From Planctomycetota bacterium (GTDB lineage: Bacteria; Planctomycetota; UBA8742; UBA2392): a stretch of DNA of 64,000 bases. Positions within the stretch are counted from its first letter, which is position 1; each line of letters begins with the position of its first letter. A program made the translations under genes and the position numbers. The notes beneath the pieces were generated by a model, which saw only the letters and a program-made list of their open reading frames with translations, was not told the origin of the DNA and did not search any database. The stretch is from contig JAJVIO010000007.1 of assembly GCA_022071975.1 (NCBI GenBank), positions 18,715 to 82,714 of the forward strand, given 5' to 3'. Shown here piece by piece: positions 7,871 to 21,771 of the stretch.

Positions 7871-8998
7871 ATGGGCATCTTCCTTGAGATCATCGAGTAC
7901 CAGGAAACACGCGCGGACGAGATCAGCCACCGCATCCCGGAGCGCGGCTCGGCCGAGTTCAAGCTGGGCGGCCAGTGCATCGTGCGCGAGAACCAGGTCG
8001 CGATCTTCTGCTGCGGCGGCAAGGCGGCCGACGTGTTCCCGCCGGGGCGCCACACCATCACCACGGCGAACATCCCGGTGATCACCAAGCTGCTGAGTTT
8101 GCCCTGGGGCTTCAAGTCGCCGATCCGGACGGAGATTTACTTCGTCAACACCAAGATCTTCGCCGACCTGAAATGGGGCACCAAAGAGCCCATCACCCTG
8201 CGCGACACCGACTTCGGCCTGGTGCGCGTGCGCGGCTTCGGGCGCTTTGCCATCCGCGTGACCGAGCCGCTGGTCTTTATCAATAACCTTGTCGGCCAGG
8301 ACGACAGCTTCCGCACCGACGAAATTGAAGACTACCTGCGCGACCTGATCGTCAGCCACGTCAACGACTGGCTCGGCACCAACATGAAGTCGATCCTCGA
8401 CCTGCCCGGCCATTACAAAGAGTTCGCCGAGGCCATGAAGCCGCACCTGAACGCGAGCATGGCGAAGTTCGGCATCGCGCTGGAAGAGTTTTTCATCAAC
8501 AACTTCAACCTGCCCGAAAGCGTGCAGAAGGCCGTGGACAAGCGCGCCGAAATGGGCGCGATCGGCGACGTCGGCAAGTACGCCCAGTTCCAGATGGCCG
8601 ACGCCATGCGCGACATGGCCAAGAACCCGGGCACGGGCAACAGCGCCGGCATGATGATGGGCATGATGATGCCGGGCATGATGTTCAACCAGCTCAACCA
8701 GCAGCAGGCGGCGCAGTTGAAGTCCGAGGGCAAAAAGGCCGAGGACTACATCGCCTGCCCCAAGTGCCAGGGCGCCAACGAGAAGGGCGCGCGCTTCTGC
8801 ACCCACTGCGGCGAGGCCATGCTGGTCGAGAAGCGCTGCCCCAGCTGCGGCGTGAGCATCAAGGCCGACGCCAAGTTCTGCCCCGACTGCGGCTTCAAGA
8901 TGGGCACCAAGCCCAAGTGCGGCGAATGCGGCCACGAAAACCTGCCCGACGCCAAGTTCTGCGTAAACTGCGGCAACAAGATGGGCGTGAAGGCGTAG
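7871..8998 (+). CDS. SPFH/band-7 domain protein with C-terminal multiple zinc ribbons (YdjI/COG4260-like)
   Basis: Start at MGIFLEIIEYQ with AGGAG SD. C-terminus CPKCQG..FCTHCG..CPSCG..FCPDCG..CGECG..FCVNCG. Confidence 0.75.
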   Translation: MGIFLEIIEYQETRADEISHRIPERGSAEFKLGGQCIVRENQVAIFCCGGKAADVFPPGRHTITTANIPVITKLLSLPWGFKSPIRTEIYFVNTKIFADLKWGTKEPITLRDTDFGLVRVRGFGRFAIRVTEPLVFINNLVGQDDSFRTDEIEDYLRDLIVSHVNDWLGTNMKSILDLPGHYKEFAEAMKPHLNASMAKFGIALEEFFINNFNLPESVQKAVDKRAEMGAIGDVGKYAQFQMADAMRDMAKNPGTGNSAGMMMGMMMPGMMFNQLNQQQAAQLKSEGKKAEDYIACPKCQGANEKGARFCTHCGEAMLVEKRCPSCGVSIKADAKFCPDCGFKMGTKPKCGECGHENLPDAKFCVNCGNKMGVKA

Positions 8999-9025
8999 GC
9001 CAGGAGTCAGGAGGCAGGAGGCAGG

Positions 9026-9265
9026 ATGCAGGCCAACGCGCAGCAACAGAACAATCGTTGGGCCGGCAGACTTGCGCACTTCACACTGGCTTGCTGCTGG
9101 TTCGCGGCGTTCGGTGTGCCGCTGCTATGGTACCTACTGGACGTTAGCATGACCGGCTTCTGGACGTTGATGGGCGGAACCTATGCTGTGCTGACCGTTG
9201 TAATCACGACCACGATTGTCACACGCAGACGCAAGCAAGCGCTCGCAGGGCGCGATATCAAATAG
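9026..9265 (+). CDS. Small membrane protein, hypothetical
   Basis: GGAGG repeats upstream. Two predicted TM helices (FTLACCWFAAFGVPLLWYLL and AVLTVVITTTIV). Confidence 0.5.
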   Translation: MQANAQQQNNRWAGRLAHFTLACCWFAAFGVPLLWYLLDVSMTGFWTLMGGTYAVLTVVITTTIVTRRRKQALAGRDIK

Positions 9266-9372
9266 CCCCGGGCGTCAGCCCGGGGTTCTCGGTGGCATTG
9301 AGCGCCTGAGCCCGCGAAGCGGGCGGCATAGCCGGGCCTGCCGCGTCCGTTTTCATGTGGTACACTTAACCC

Positions 9373-9702
9373 ATGCGCTTGCCCTTTGAGATGAAGGCGC
9401 CCTCTGAACTGCTGCCCGCGGCCGGGTTGCTGCTGTTTTCGGTTACCTTCGGCTGGCTGGCGATGTACTGCGTGCAGATGCAGTTGGCGCAGGAGGTCAG
9501 CGGCGGCGAGATCAGCGACCCCACGCCTTACTGGATCACGCTCGCCGTGCTGGCGCTGGGCATAGTGGCATTCTTCAAGTGGGCGGCGCTGATCGCGCGC
9601 CCCAGCCGCTCCGAGGTGATCGCCACCCGGCGCCCCTGGCTTGAGTCCGAAGTCCAGCGCATCGCCCTCAAGCACCTGATGCGCATCGAAGCGCGCCTGT
9701 AA
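9373..9702 (+). CDS. Membrane protein, hypothetical
   Basis: Two hydrophobic helices (LLPAAGLLLFSVTFGWLAMYCV and YWITLAVLALGIVAFFKWAALI). Confidence 0.5.
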   Translation: MRLPFEMKAPSELLPAAGLLLFSVTFGWLAMYCVQMQLAQEVSGGEISDPTPYWITLAVLALGIVAFFKWAALIARPSRSEVIATRRPWLESEVQRIALKHLMRIEARL

Positions 9703-9710
9703 CGACATCC

Positions 9711-9763
9711 GTAGGGGCGGGCCCATGTGCCCGCCCCGGGCCGCCACTTGGGGCGGCCCCTAC
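9711..9763. repeat. REPIN-like class I doublet (GTAGGGGCGGGC-CCATGT-GCCCGCCCC GGGCCGCC-ACTTGG-GGCGGCCCCTAC)
   Basis: Same family and same loop CCATGT as 1104-1177. GTAG heads point outward. Confidence 0.85.
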
Positions 9764-9794
9764 GTCTGACCCTGCTTGCTGCTACCATGCCACC

Positions 9795-10781
9795 ATGCGA
9801 GTTGCCCGTGTTGCCCTTGGCGCTGTGCTGCTGGTTGTGGTCGCTTCGGCGGCTTTGGCCGGCGTCTGGATGCTGCGCCAGGCCGGCGGCGGCGGCATGG
9901 CCATCCGCGTCGAGTTTTCCGACGGCAAGAACCTCGCCCCTGACGACGACGTGATCTACGGCGACGGCATCGTCGGCCGCGTGGAAGACGTCGCCAGCTT
10001 CAATGGCAAGTATCTCGTCACCGCGCGCATCGCCGCCGACAAGGCCGCGCTGGTGCGCCGCAACAGCCGCTTCTGGATTCACTCAAGGCTCGGCAGCGCG
10101 GCGCTCCTGTTCGACACGCCCAAGGCGGGCGGCGCGGCCGTGGAAACCGGCCACACCTTCACCGGCCTGGCCGAAGCGCCCGAGCCCGACCCCGAGCTCG
10201 CGCCGCCGGCCGCGCCCCGCAAGCTGACCGCGCGCCCCAGCTGGCTGGTTGAGCTGCGCGCAAGCCTGGAGCTCAAGGCCGGCGGTGACCTGACCGAGAC
10301 CCAGCAGCGCAAGGTGACCGGCGTGGTGGCCGGCGTGCGCGAAGACGGTGGGCTGCTGGTGCTGGCCCCAAGCTGGGCCGTGGAGTACAGCGGCGAGCTG
10401 GCTGCCGAGAGCTACCGTGTAGAGTTGATCGGGGGCGCCACCCACGTGGCCGAAATCCTGGTAGTGCGCCTGCCCTTTGTGGTCCTGCACGTGCCCGCAA
10501 CCGAATACAAGGGCAACGCCGCCCCATTCTGGCCCGACGCCCTGGCTGATCAGCAGGGCCTGCTGCTCACTGACTTCGAGGGCAATGCCTTCACGGCCGT
10601 GCACACGGCCGGCGAGGTGCAATTGCGCGCCCGCACGGGGCTGGGGCTGGTGGCGCTGGTGGACGGCACCAACGTGGCGGGGTTCACGCTGCCGGCCGTG
10701 GGCGAAACCGAGGGCGTACGCTGGGTGCCGCTGAACGGCGCGGGCACGGCGATCGAGGAAGCGGCGGCGAAGTTGAAGTGA
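9795..10781 (+). CDS. MlaD/MCE-domain membrane-anchored protein
   Basis: N-terminal TM helix, then IRVEFSDGKNLAPDDDVIYGDGIVGRVEDV...ARIAADKAALVRRNSRFWI, which is typical of the MCE/MlaD beta-barrel module. Confidence 0.65.
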   Translation: MRVARVALGAVLLVVVASAALAGVWMLRQAGGGGMAIRVEFSDGKNLAPDDDVIYGDGIVGRVEDVASFNGKYLVTARIAADKAALVRRNSRFWIHSRLGSAALLFDTPKAGGAAVETGHTFTGLAEAPEPDPELAPPAAPRKLTARPSWLVELRASLELKAGGDLTETQQRKVTGVVAGVREDGGLLVLAPSWAVEYSGELAAESYRVELIGGATHVAEILVVRLPFVVLHVPATEYKGNAAPFWPDALADQQGLLLTDFEGNAFTAVHTAGEVQLRARTGLGLVALVDGTNVAGFTLPAVGETEGVRWVPLNGAGTAIEEAAAKLK

Positions 10782-10892
10782 ATGGGACTGGCACCTTGGC
10801 GGCCACATTTTCCCCACATTTCGGCCACGATTCCCGCACAGGGACCGGGCGTGTCGCGCCGATAGTTAAGGTATCCGCCCGGAGAAAAACCC

Positions 10893-11039
10893 ATGGATCC
10901 TGAACTCAAGATCGAGCAGCAGGCCACCGGCCGCTGGGCCATCGTGCAGGAAACCGCCTACGGCGAGCGCACGGTGCTGGAAGAGCACGAGACAGTGCAG
11001 GACGCGAAGTCCTCGCAGCGCCTGCCGCGCGTGTCGTAG
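10893..11039 (+). CDS. Possible small protein (48 aa): MDPELKIEQQATGRWAIVQETAYGERTVLEEHETVQDAKSSQRLPRVS
   Basis: Own translation. GGAGAAAAACCC precedes the ATG. Strongly GC3-biased codons. The TAG stop is embedded in a class II hairpin. Below the ORF-track length cutoff. Confidence 0.4.
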   Translation: MDPELKIEQQATGRWAIVQETAYGERTVLEEHETVQDAKSSQRLPRVS

Positions 11040-11108
11040 GGACACGCGGTAGCGTGTTTCCACTTCCATCACTGGCCCTTCGGGGACACGCGGCGGCGTG
11101 TCCCTACT
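11037..11108. repeat. Tandem pair of class II hairpins, each followed by (A/T)CTTCCATCA
   Basis: TAGGGACACGC-ggta-GCGTGTTTCCACTTCCATCA and GGGGACACGC-ggcg-GCGTGTCCCTACTTCCATCA. Confidence 0.85.
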
Positions 11109-11141
11109 TCCATCATTCGCCTCGTTTTGCAAACTCGGGTC

Positions 11142-12446
11142 ATGACTGACTCGAGCGAAAGCACACGCGCACCCGACGTCCACATCAACCTGAACATCCG
11201 CGGGATGAAGCCTTCCGCGACGGTGGCCATCAACGAGCGCAGCAACGCGCTGCTGGCTCAGGGCCGCAACATCTACAAGCTGGGCCTGGGCCAGTCGCCC
11301 TTTCCGGTGCCCGAGCCAGTGGTCGAAGAACTCAAGGCCAACGCCTACCAGAAAGACTACCTGCCGGTGAAAGGCCTGGGCGCCCTGCGCGAGGCCGTGG
11401 CCGACTACCACCGCCGCGGCGAAGGTTGCGCGGCAACAGGCGACGACGTGCTGATCGGCCCCGGTAGCAAAGAGCTGATGTTCATCCTGCAGCTGGTGTA
11501 CTACGGCGACCTGGTGATCCCCGCACCGGCCTGGGTCAGCTACGCGCCGCAGGCGAAAATCATCGGGCGCAACGTCAACTTCCTGCCCACCGACGCCGCC
11601 CACGACTGGATGCTCACGGCCGAGCAACTGGATGCCCATTGCAACGAAGACCCCGGGCGCCCGCGCATCGTGATTCTCAACTACCCCAGCAACCCCACCG
11701 GCCGCAGCTACACGTCCGAGCAGTTGCAGGCGATCGCCGCCGTGGCAAAGAAGCACAAGCTGGTGATCCTGAGCGACGAGATCTACGGCGAGCTGCACCA
11801 TGAGGGCAGCCACCTCAGCATTTCGCGCTACTACCCCAAGGGCACCATCATCAGCTCGGGCCTCAGCAAGTGGTGCGGCGCCGGCGGCTGGCGGCTGGGC
11901 ACCTTCACCTTCCCGCGTGAGCTGCGCTGGCTGCTGGACGCCATGGCCAGCGTCGCCAGTGAGACCTACACCAGCACCAGCGCACCCATCCAGTACGCGG
12001 CCGTGCGGGCCTTTAGGGGCGGGCCGGAGATCGAGCGCTACCTGTGGCGGGCGCGCAAGGTGTTGAAAGCGCTGGGCAACTGGATGGCCGCCAGGCTGAA
12101 CGCGGCGGCCATCCGCACCCTGGCGCCGCAGGGGGGTTTCTACCTGTTCCCCGATTTCTCGCCGTTCGCCGAATTGCTGGCCGAGCGCGGTATCAAGACC
12201 AGCCGGCAGGTGTGTGAGCGACTGCTGGACGAAACCGGCGTGGCGATCCTGCCGGGCAGCGAGTTCGGCCGACCGGCGTCCGAGCTGACGGCACGCCTGG
12301 CCTACGTGGACTTCGACGGCGCCCGCGCGATGGCGATCCTGGAGAGCCGCGGCGAAGACTTCCAGGTGAATGAAGAATTCCTGGTCACCCATTGCCCCAA
12401 CGTGGTGGCCGCCACGGAGGCAATCTGCCGCTGGGTTCAAAGCTGA
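11142..12446 (+). CDS. Pyridoxal-phosphate-dependent aminotransferase, class I/II
   Basis: Aspartate/aromatic aminotransferase-like layout: NLGLGQSPFPVP, YPSNPTGRSY and SGLSKWCGAGGWRLG (PLP-lysine motif SxSK). Start is ATG 11142 or TTG 11127. Confidence 0.8.
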   Translation: MTDSSESTRAPDVHINLNIRGMKPSATVAINERSNALLAQGRNIYKLGLGQSPFPVPEPVVEELKANAYQKDYLPVKGLGALREAVADYHRRGEGCAATGDDVLIGPGSKELMFILQLVYYGDLVIPAPAWVSYAPQAKIIGRNVNFLPTDAAHDWMLTAEQLDAHCNEDPGRPRIVILNYPSNPTGRSYTSEQLQAIAAVAKKHKLVILSDEIYGELHHEGSHLSISRYYPKGTIISSGLSKWCGAGGWRLGTFTFPRELRWLLDAMASVASETYTSTSAPIQYAAVRAFRGGPEIERYLWRARKVLKALGNWMAARLNAAAIRTLAPQGGFYLFPDFSPFAELLAERGIKTSRQVCERLLDETGVAILPGSEFGRPASELTARLAYVDFDGARAMAILESRGEDFQVNEEFLVTHCPNVVAATEAICRWVQS

Positions 12447-12507
12447 GCCGCTGGTCCTGCTTCCTGCGCCTGTGCTATGATGGCCGCCCGGGACACCGGG
12501 ACTCCAG

Positions 12508-13803
12508 ATGACGCAGGACAAGCAGGCTACCCACGCGCAGATCATCAAACTGGTCACTGACGGCTGGGATGCAGACCGCCGCGGAGAGCGCGTCGAGGCC
12601 CGCAACATCTGGGAAAAGGCCCTGCGCCTCGCGCGCGAAGCCGGCGACATGGCCGGCGAGTCCGAGGCGCTTTCCGGGCTGGGCGTATCTGTCCGGTACG
12701 ACTTTGACTACGCTCGGTCCGAGGCGCTGCTGCGCGAAGCCCTTGAGCAGGCTGAGGCCGCGGGCCACAAGCGCGGTGCCGTGCGCGCCCGCGCCAACCT
12801 GGCAATCACCCTGCGCCATTTGGGCAAGCTGGACATGGCCCAGGACGAGTCGCAGATCGCCGCCCGGTTGTACCGCGACATCGGCGAGCTGGCGGGCGTC
12901 AACCGCATGCTGCACCTGCAGTCGCAAATCCTGCAGGACCAGGGACTGCTGGAGCAGGCACTGAAGCTGATGGAAGAGGTGATTGAGCTGGATGAAATCA
13001 CCGGCGACCGCAGCGGCCAGGCGCGCAGCCTGGGACTGATGTCGTCGCTGCTGCATGAGATGGGGCGCTACGACGAGGCGATAACCCGGTTGCAGCAGGT
13101 GATCGCGATTTTCAAAGCGCAGGGCGAACCCTCATTCATGGCGCTGGGCCTCATCAACCTCGCCGACGTTCACAAGTCGGCGGGGCGGCTCAGTGACGCC
13201 ATGGAGTGCCTCGACGAGGCACTCCGAGTTACCGCGCCGCTGCACATGCCCGCCCGGCAGGCGCGAGCACTGTCGCTGCGTGCCGCTGTGCTGGTGATGC
13301 TGGAGCGGCTGGATGAAGCCGCCGACGCCGTCCTGAAGGCCAACGAGCTGGTCGGCGGCAACGCCGACGGCTACATGCGCCAGGAAAACGCGGTTGCGCT
13401 GGCCCGCATCGCCCTGCGCCGACACAACCCGCGGCAGGCGCTGGAACATGCCGAGCGCGCGGTGCAGACCTCGCGCGACGAGGGCTACCCGGTGCTGCTG
13501 GTTGACTCGTTGTGGCTGAAAGCCGGCGCGCTGCTTCAGCTGGGCGAGACCGATGACGCGCGCGAGGCCGTGATGGAAGCAATCGAGGTGCTGGATCGAA
13601 CCGACAAGCCCGAGCAGCAGTACCGGCTGAAGTGCACGGCGCTGCAAGCCCGCATCGAGCAGCAGGCCGGCAACGTCGAGGACGCGCGCTTCCTGGCCGA
13701 AGAAGCCGAGGAGTTGCGGGACAAGCTGAACGTCACGGAAAGCAGCCACGACCCGGAATTGCGCGAGGTGGTGGTACAGCTGCGCGAGCTGGCGGCGGGG
13801 TAG
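12508..13803 (+). CDS. Tetratricopeptide (TPR) repeat protein
   Basis: Repeated about 40-aa A/L-rich helical units (ALxxLGxxxxxxGxxxEA). Confidence 0.7.
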   Translation: MTQDKQATHAQIIKLVTDGWDADRRGERVEARNIWEKALRLAREAGDMAGESEALSGLGVSVRYDFDYARSEALLREALEQAEAAGHKRGAVRARANLAITLRHLGKLDMAQDESQIAARLYRDIGELAGVNRMLHLQSQILQDQGLLEQALKLMEEVIELDEITGDRSGQARSLGLMSSLLHEMGRYDEAITRLQQVIAIFKAQGEPSFMALGLINLADVHKSAGRLSDAMECLDEALRVTAPLHMPARQARALSLRAAVLVMLERLDEAADAVLKANELVGGNADGYMRQENAVALARIALRRHNPRQALEHAERAVQTSRDEGYPVLLVDSLWLKAGALLQLGETDDAREAVMEAIEVLDRTDKPEQQYRLKCTALQARIEQQAGNVEDARFLAEEAEELRDKLNVTESSHDPELREVVVQLRELAAG

Positions 13804-14538
13804 GCCCCGCAACCGGCTGCAAAACGCGATCCTCCACGAAGCACACGAAGTTCACGAAGCACTGCAACTGCATCTGCAACGCGAAGGAACTAAGGAGCGA
13901 AGAGCCCTGCGCAGCTCGGACACGGGTCGTGTTCAGGGACCCTCATACAACGCCAGGACGCCATGAACGCCACGGCCTTTGCGTGGCCTGTGCATCCATT
14001 GTCCAATCGACTTGCGGCAACGATAGAGCCGTGGCGCACCTTGGCGCCCTGGCGTTGCTTCCTGCTCAGACCCAAAGGTGAAGGCCGGGCAACGCTCAGC
14101 CCTTCACGCCCCCGCGTGGCCAATGCTTTTCTTCGAGAACCTTCGTGTCCTTGGTGGGCAACCGCAGTTGCGTTGCAGCCGGGCGCGGTGAGTGAACAGC
14201 TTGAGCACGTTCAGGGTTCGTTTGAAGCAGTTCGGGCCCGCAGGGCCCAGCTACGGTAGCCGGGGGCGTAAGCCCGCGGTGTCCATGGCTCAGGAAGACG
14301 CGCCCGCAGGGCCGCCTAAAGGGTGCGATGCGCGGTTAAGGCGGCCCTTCGGGCGCTCGAGAACACGGCCGGACACATCCGGGCGCGAATACGCCCGGCT
14401 ACCTTAGTGGAGCCCTCTTGGGGCCGTTGCCCTGCAGACTAACCATGAAGGTGCTCTGATTCGCCCGGGATTTCCGACTTCGCCAAGGCTTTGTCGGACA
14501 GGGGCATCCCGGGCCTTGGTTACCGCTGCCGCGTGTCC
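13804..14538. repeat. 735-bp non-coding hairpin forest between convergent genes
   Basis: Nested inverted repeats: CACGAAG words 13835-13859 pair with 14127-14150, enclosing CAACGCCAGG... 13948-13975 paired with 14028-14057. Then GGTAGCCGGG 14256-14265 pairs with CCCGGCTACC 14394-14403, enclosing several tetraloop hairpins. No credible ORF. Confidence 0.8.
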
Positions 14539-18930
<4,392 letters not shown>

Positions 18931-19062
18931 GGCGGCTTACGGTTTTAACCTCTCCCGGCCGCCTGTCAGCAGGGGCAGGCCGGCCGATTAACATTTCCTT
19001 TGCACGCTCTTAATCCGGCGGGGTCCGCTCGCTATTGTCGCCGGCGACACTGGAGCGACAGC

Positions 19063-20871
19063 ATGGATGCCGGCAAGTGGTTCACCCTCGCCTACACCGT
19101 TCTCGGCGGCCTGGGCATCTTCCTGTTCGGCATGAAGCTGCTGAGCGAAAGCCTGCAGGCGCTGGCGTCCGACTTCATCCGCAAGCTGATCGGCTGGCTT
19201 ACCAACAACCGCGTCGTCGCCATGGGCGTCGGCGTGCTGCTGACGGTGATCGTGCAGTCCAGCAGCGTGACCACCGTGATGCTGGTCGGCTTTATCAATG
19301 CCGGGCTGATGAACCTGACGCAGGCCGTGGGCGTGGTGCTGGGCGCGAACATCGGCACCACCATCACCGGCTGGATCATCGCGGTGAAGATCGGCAAGTA
19401 CGGCCTGCTGCTGGTGGGCGCCGGCTTCGTGCCGATGTTCTTCGCCAAGTCGATGAAGTGGAAGGCCGTCGGCAAGGTTCTGATCGCGCTGGGCATGGTG
19501 TTCATCGGCCTTGAGTTCATGTCGGGCGGCTTCAAGCCGCTGGCGGGCAGCAATGAGTTCCAGGGCCTGATGAAGCTGATCCAGGCTGACAACATCATTT
19601 CGATCCTGGCCTGCGTGGCGCTGGGCTGCGCGCTGACATTCATCGTGCAAAGCAGTTCCGCGATGCTGGCGATCACCATGTCGCTGGCGGCCACGGGCCA
19701 GATCGACTACCACACAGCAGCGGCGCTGGTGCTGGGCGAAAACATCGGGACGACCATTACCATGCACCTGGCGGCGATCGGCGGCAACATCGACGCCAAG
19801 CGCGCCAGCTACGCGCACATCATGTTCAACGTGATCGGCGTGACGGTGATGGTGATCATCTTCCCGTGGTACGTGGGCGCCGTGGAGTTCATCGTCGAGG
19901 GCGTGCCCGGCGTGATCTCCGGCCTGTTCGAGGTTGACGGCACAGGCGCGGCTGAGGGCGTTGACCCGCTGATCATGATGAAGATCGCGGCCGGCCACAG
20001 CGGCTTCAACATCACAAACAACCTGTTCTTTCTGCCCTTCCTGCCGTTGCTGGTGAAGCTGGTGACCTGGATGAAGCCGGACAAGGGCAAGCGCAGCAAG
20101 AAGCGCCTGAAGCTGTCGGGCAACATGACCAACATCGCCCCCGAACTGGCCCTGGAAGAAGCCGAGGGCGAAATCCGCCTGATGGGCGACGTCACCCTGG
20201 ACGCCTTCCGCGACGCCACAAAATACGTGCGCCTGCAGGCTGAGCAGCCCGACCTGTTCAAGCAGGTCGAACACCTGGAACAGGTGACCGACAACATCCA
20301 GATGGAGGTCACGCTGTTCATCACCGAGGTGATGCAGCTGCCCATGACGGCCGACCAGGCAAAGCGCGGCTACGCGCTGATCCGCATCAGCGACGAGCTG
20401 GAAAGCGTCGTGGACTACTGCCAGAGCCTGACCAAGTACCGCGCCCGCATGTTCCGCGACAACCTCAAGTTTTCGGACGATGCATGGGCCGAGCTCGATG
20501 ACCTGGTGGCGCGCGTGGGCGAATTCCTGAAGTCGGCCGCCGAGTTCGTGATCACCCACCAGAAGGTGGACATGACCGACGACGAGGTGCGTGAGCTGGT
20601 GCGCCTGGCCGACGCGATCGGCGTGCGGGCCGACGAAATCCGCGGTTCGCACCTCGCGCGGGTGCGCGAGGGTCGCTGCGAGGCGCTGGCGGGCATGGTG
20701 TTCAGCGACATCGTGGTCGCCCTGCGGCGCATCAAGAACCACACGGTGAACGTCATCGACGCCCGCATCGGGCGCTGGGAAGAACGTCGCCAGGCCCTGC
20801 GCAACCTGGAATCGGGCGCCGGCGAGAGCGAGCCGAAGCTGACTGCTGCGTCCGTCACCGGAGTGAACTAG
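19063..20871 (+). CDS. Na+/phosphate cotransporter family protein with C-terminal PhoU-like domain
   Basis: MDAGKWFTLAYTVLGGLGIFLFGMKLLSESLQ and QSSSVTTVM / QSSSAMLAI are duplicated NaPi-II repeats. Helical PhoU-like tail. Confidence 0.85.
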   Translation: MDAGKWFTLAYTVLGGLGIFLFGMKLLSESLQALASDFIRKLIGWLTNNRVVAMGVGVLLTVIVQSSSVTTVMLVGFINAGLMNLTQAVGVVLGANIGTTITGWIIAVKIGKYGLLLVGAGFVPMFFAKSMKWKAVGKVLIALGMVFIGLEFMSGGFKPLAGSNEFQGLMKLIQADNIISILACVALGCALTFIVQSSSAMLAITMSLAATGQIDYHTAAALVLGENIGTTITMHLAAIGGNIDAKRASYAHIMFNVIGVTVMVIIFPWYVGAVEFIVEGVPGVISGLFEVDGTGAAEGVDPLIMMKIAAGHSGFNITNNLFFLPFLPLLVKLVTWMKPDKGKRSKKRLKLSGNMTNIAPELALEEAEGEIRLMGDVTLDAFRDATKYVRLQAEQPDLFKQVEHLEQVTDNIQMEVTLFITEVMQLPMTADQAKRGYALIRISDELESVVDYCQSLTKYRARMFRDNLKFSDDAWAELDDLVARVGEFLKSAAEFVITHQKVDMTDDEVRELVRLADAIGVRADEIRGSHLARVREGRCEALAGMVFSDIVVALRRIKNHTVNVIDARIGRWEERRQALRNLESGAGESEPKLTAASVTGVN

Positions 20872-20897
20872 GCTGTACGCTCCGCCCGGAGTGAGCC

Positions 20898-21737
20898 ATG
20901 GCCGAAATCATCATCCCAAGCGATTTCCGCGCAGTCGTTACCACGCTGCCCGCCCGCGTTGACAACGTGCTGGTGCCCCGCCTGCAGCAGTACATCAAGC
21001 AGCGCAAGCTGTTCGAGATCGACGGGCACCGCATCCTGCACCTGCACCAGGTGGAGCAGATCGACTCCGCGGCCGTCGCCACGCTGCTGGACCTGATCAA
21101 GGTGGCCGAGAAGTACAACCGGCAGTTCGTGATCTGTGACCCGCCGCCGGTGGTGCGCAGCTATCTCGAGGTGTACGGAGCGGCCAAGGCCGTCGAGCAC
21201 CGGGTACTGAGCAGCGCCCAGGACGGCACCTATCACTCGGTGCTGCTCGGCTTCGTGCCGCCGTTCGTGCCGAACCCGAAAGGGCGCATCGACATTTACG
21301 CCGACGGCAAAGTGAAGAGCCTCGAGATGGGGCCGAAGGGGCGCAGCGAAATCGCGCCTGTGGACCTGAACGGCCACCCGCCCAAGGCGCCCAGCCGCGC
21401 CAGCACCATGGAAGTGCACGAGGGCGAGCAGCGGCAGGAGCTGAAAGCCGGCGCCTACGTGCTGCTGCGCCGTCACAACTGCGGCTGCGGCGCGACCCAC
21501 AGCACCTTCGACAAGCTGCACCAGTTCCATGCCTGGCTGCGCGCCAAGGGCTTTGATTTCAAAGACCTGGAGCTGTGGGCCAGCGACGTGCCCACGGGAG
21601 TGGTCTCCGAGAAACTCACGTTCCGCGACCGCCTGCACTATGAGCAGCTCGTGACCCTGCTCAAGATCGACTCCAGCTGGCAGAAGATCGAGCCGCCCAC
21701 CGAGCACACGGTGGAAGAGTTCTTTTACGTGTATTGA
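20898..21737 (+). CDS. STAS-domain protein (anti-sigma-antagonist-like N-terminus) with an uncharacterised C-terminal domain
   Basis: N-terminal roughly 105 aa (ILHLHQVEQIDSAAVATLLDLIKVAEKYNRQFVICDPPPVVRSYLEV) resembles STAS. The remainder is unrecognised. Confidence 0.55.
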   Translation: MAEIIIPSDFRAVVTTLPARVDNVLVPRLQQYIKQRKLFEIDGHRILHLHQVEQIDSAAVATLLDLIKVAEKYNRQFVICDPPPVVRSYLEVYGAAKAVEHRVLSSAQDGTYHSVLLGFVPPFVPNPKGRIDIYADGKVKSLEMGPKGRSEIAPVDLNGHPPKAPSRASTMEVHEGEQRQELKAGAYVLLRRHNCGCGATHSTFDKLHQFHAWLRAKGFDFKDLELWASDVPTGVVSEKLTFRDRLHYEQLVTLLKIDSSWQKIEPPTEHTVEEFFYVY

Positions 21738-21771
21738 AACAGGCTGACGTGCCTGACCCGGGATCCGCCAG

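Noticed and set aside
10866-12650. Very long antisense ORFs opposite real genes: 10866..12650 (594 aa), 18988..20742 (584 aa), 53925..55592 (555 aa), 25353..26765 (470 aa), 30945..32486 (513 aa), 37835..39397 (520 aa), 7769..9079 (436 aa) and 5913..7055 (380 aa).
   Set aside because: Their translations are low-complexity and rich in Arg, Ala, Gly, His and Val, with no motifs. Each lies opposite an ORF with clear conserved motifs. Open antisense frames of this kind are typical of high-GC DNA.
13801-13893. TAG reassignment or read-through as an explanation for the TAG excess and the long gaps after TAG stops.
   Set aside because: Reading through the TAG of the TPR gene (13801) and of rnd (59345) gives short, non-coding-looking Arg/Ser/Thr-rich extensions that soon hit TAA or TGA. 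No Pyl-type machinery was seen in the window.
14041-14100. Minus-strand string GGGTCTGAGCAGGAAGCAACGCCAGGGCG, which resembles the SRP RNA domain IV motif (GGAAGCAGCC).
   Set aside because: It lacks the GNRA-capped helix 8 arrangement and its complementary strand. The segment is the arm of the CAACGCCAGG hairpin family that recurs at 59592-59710.
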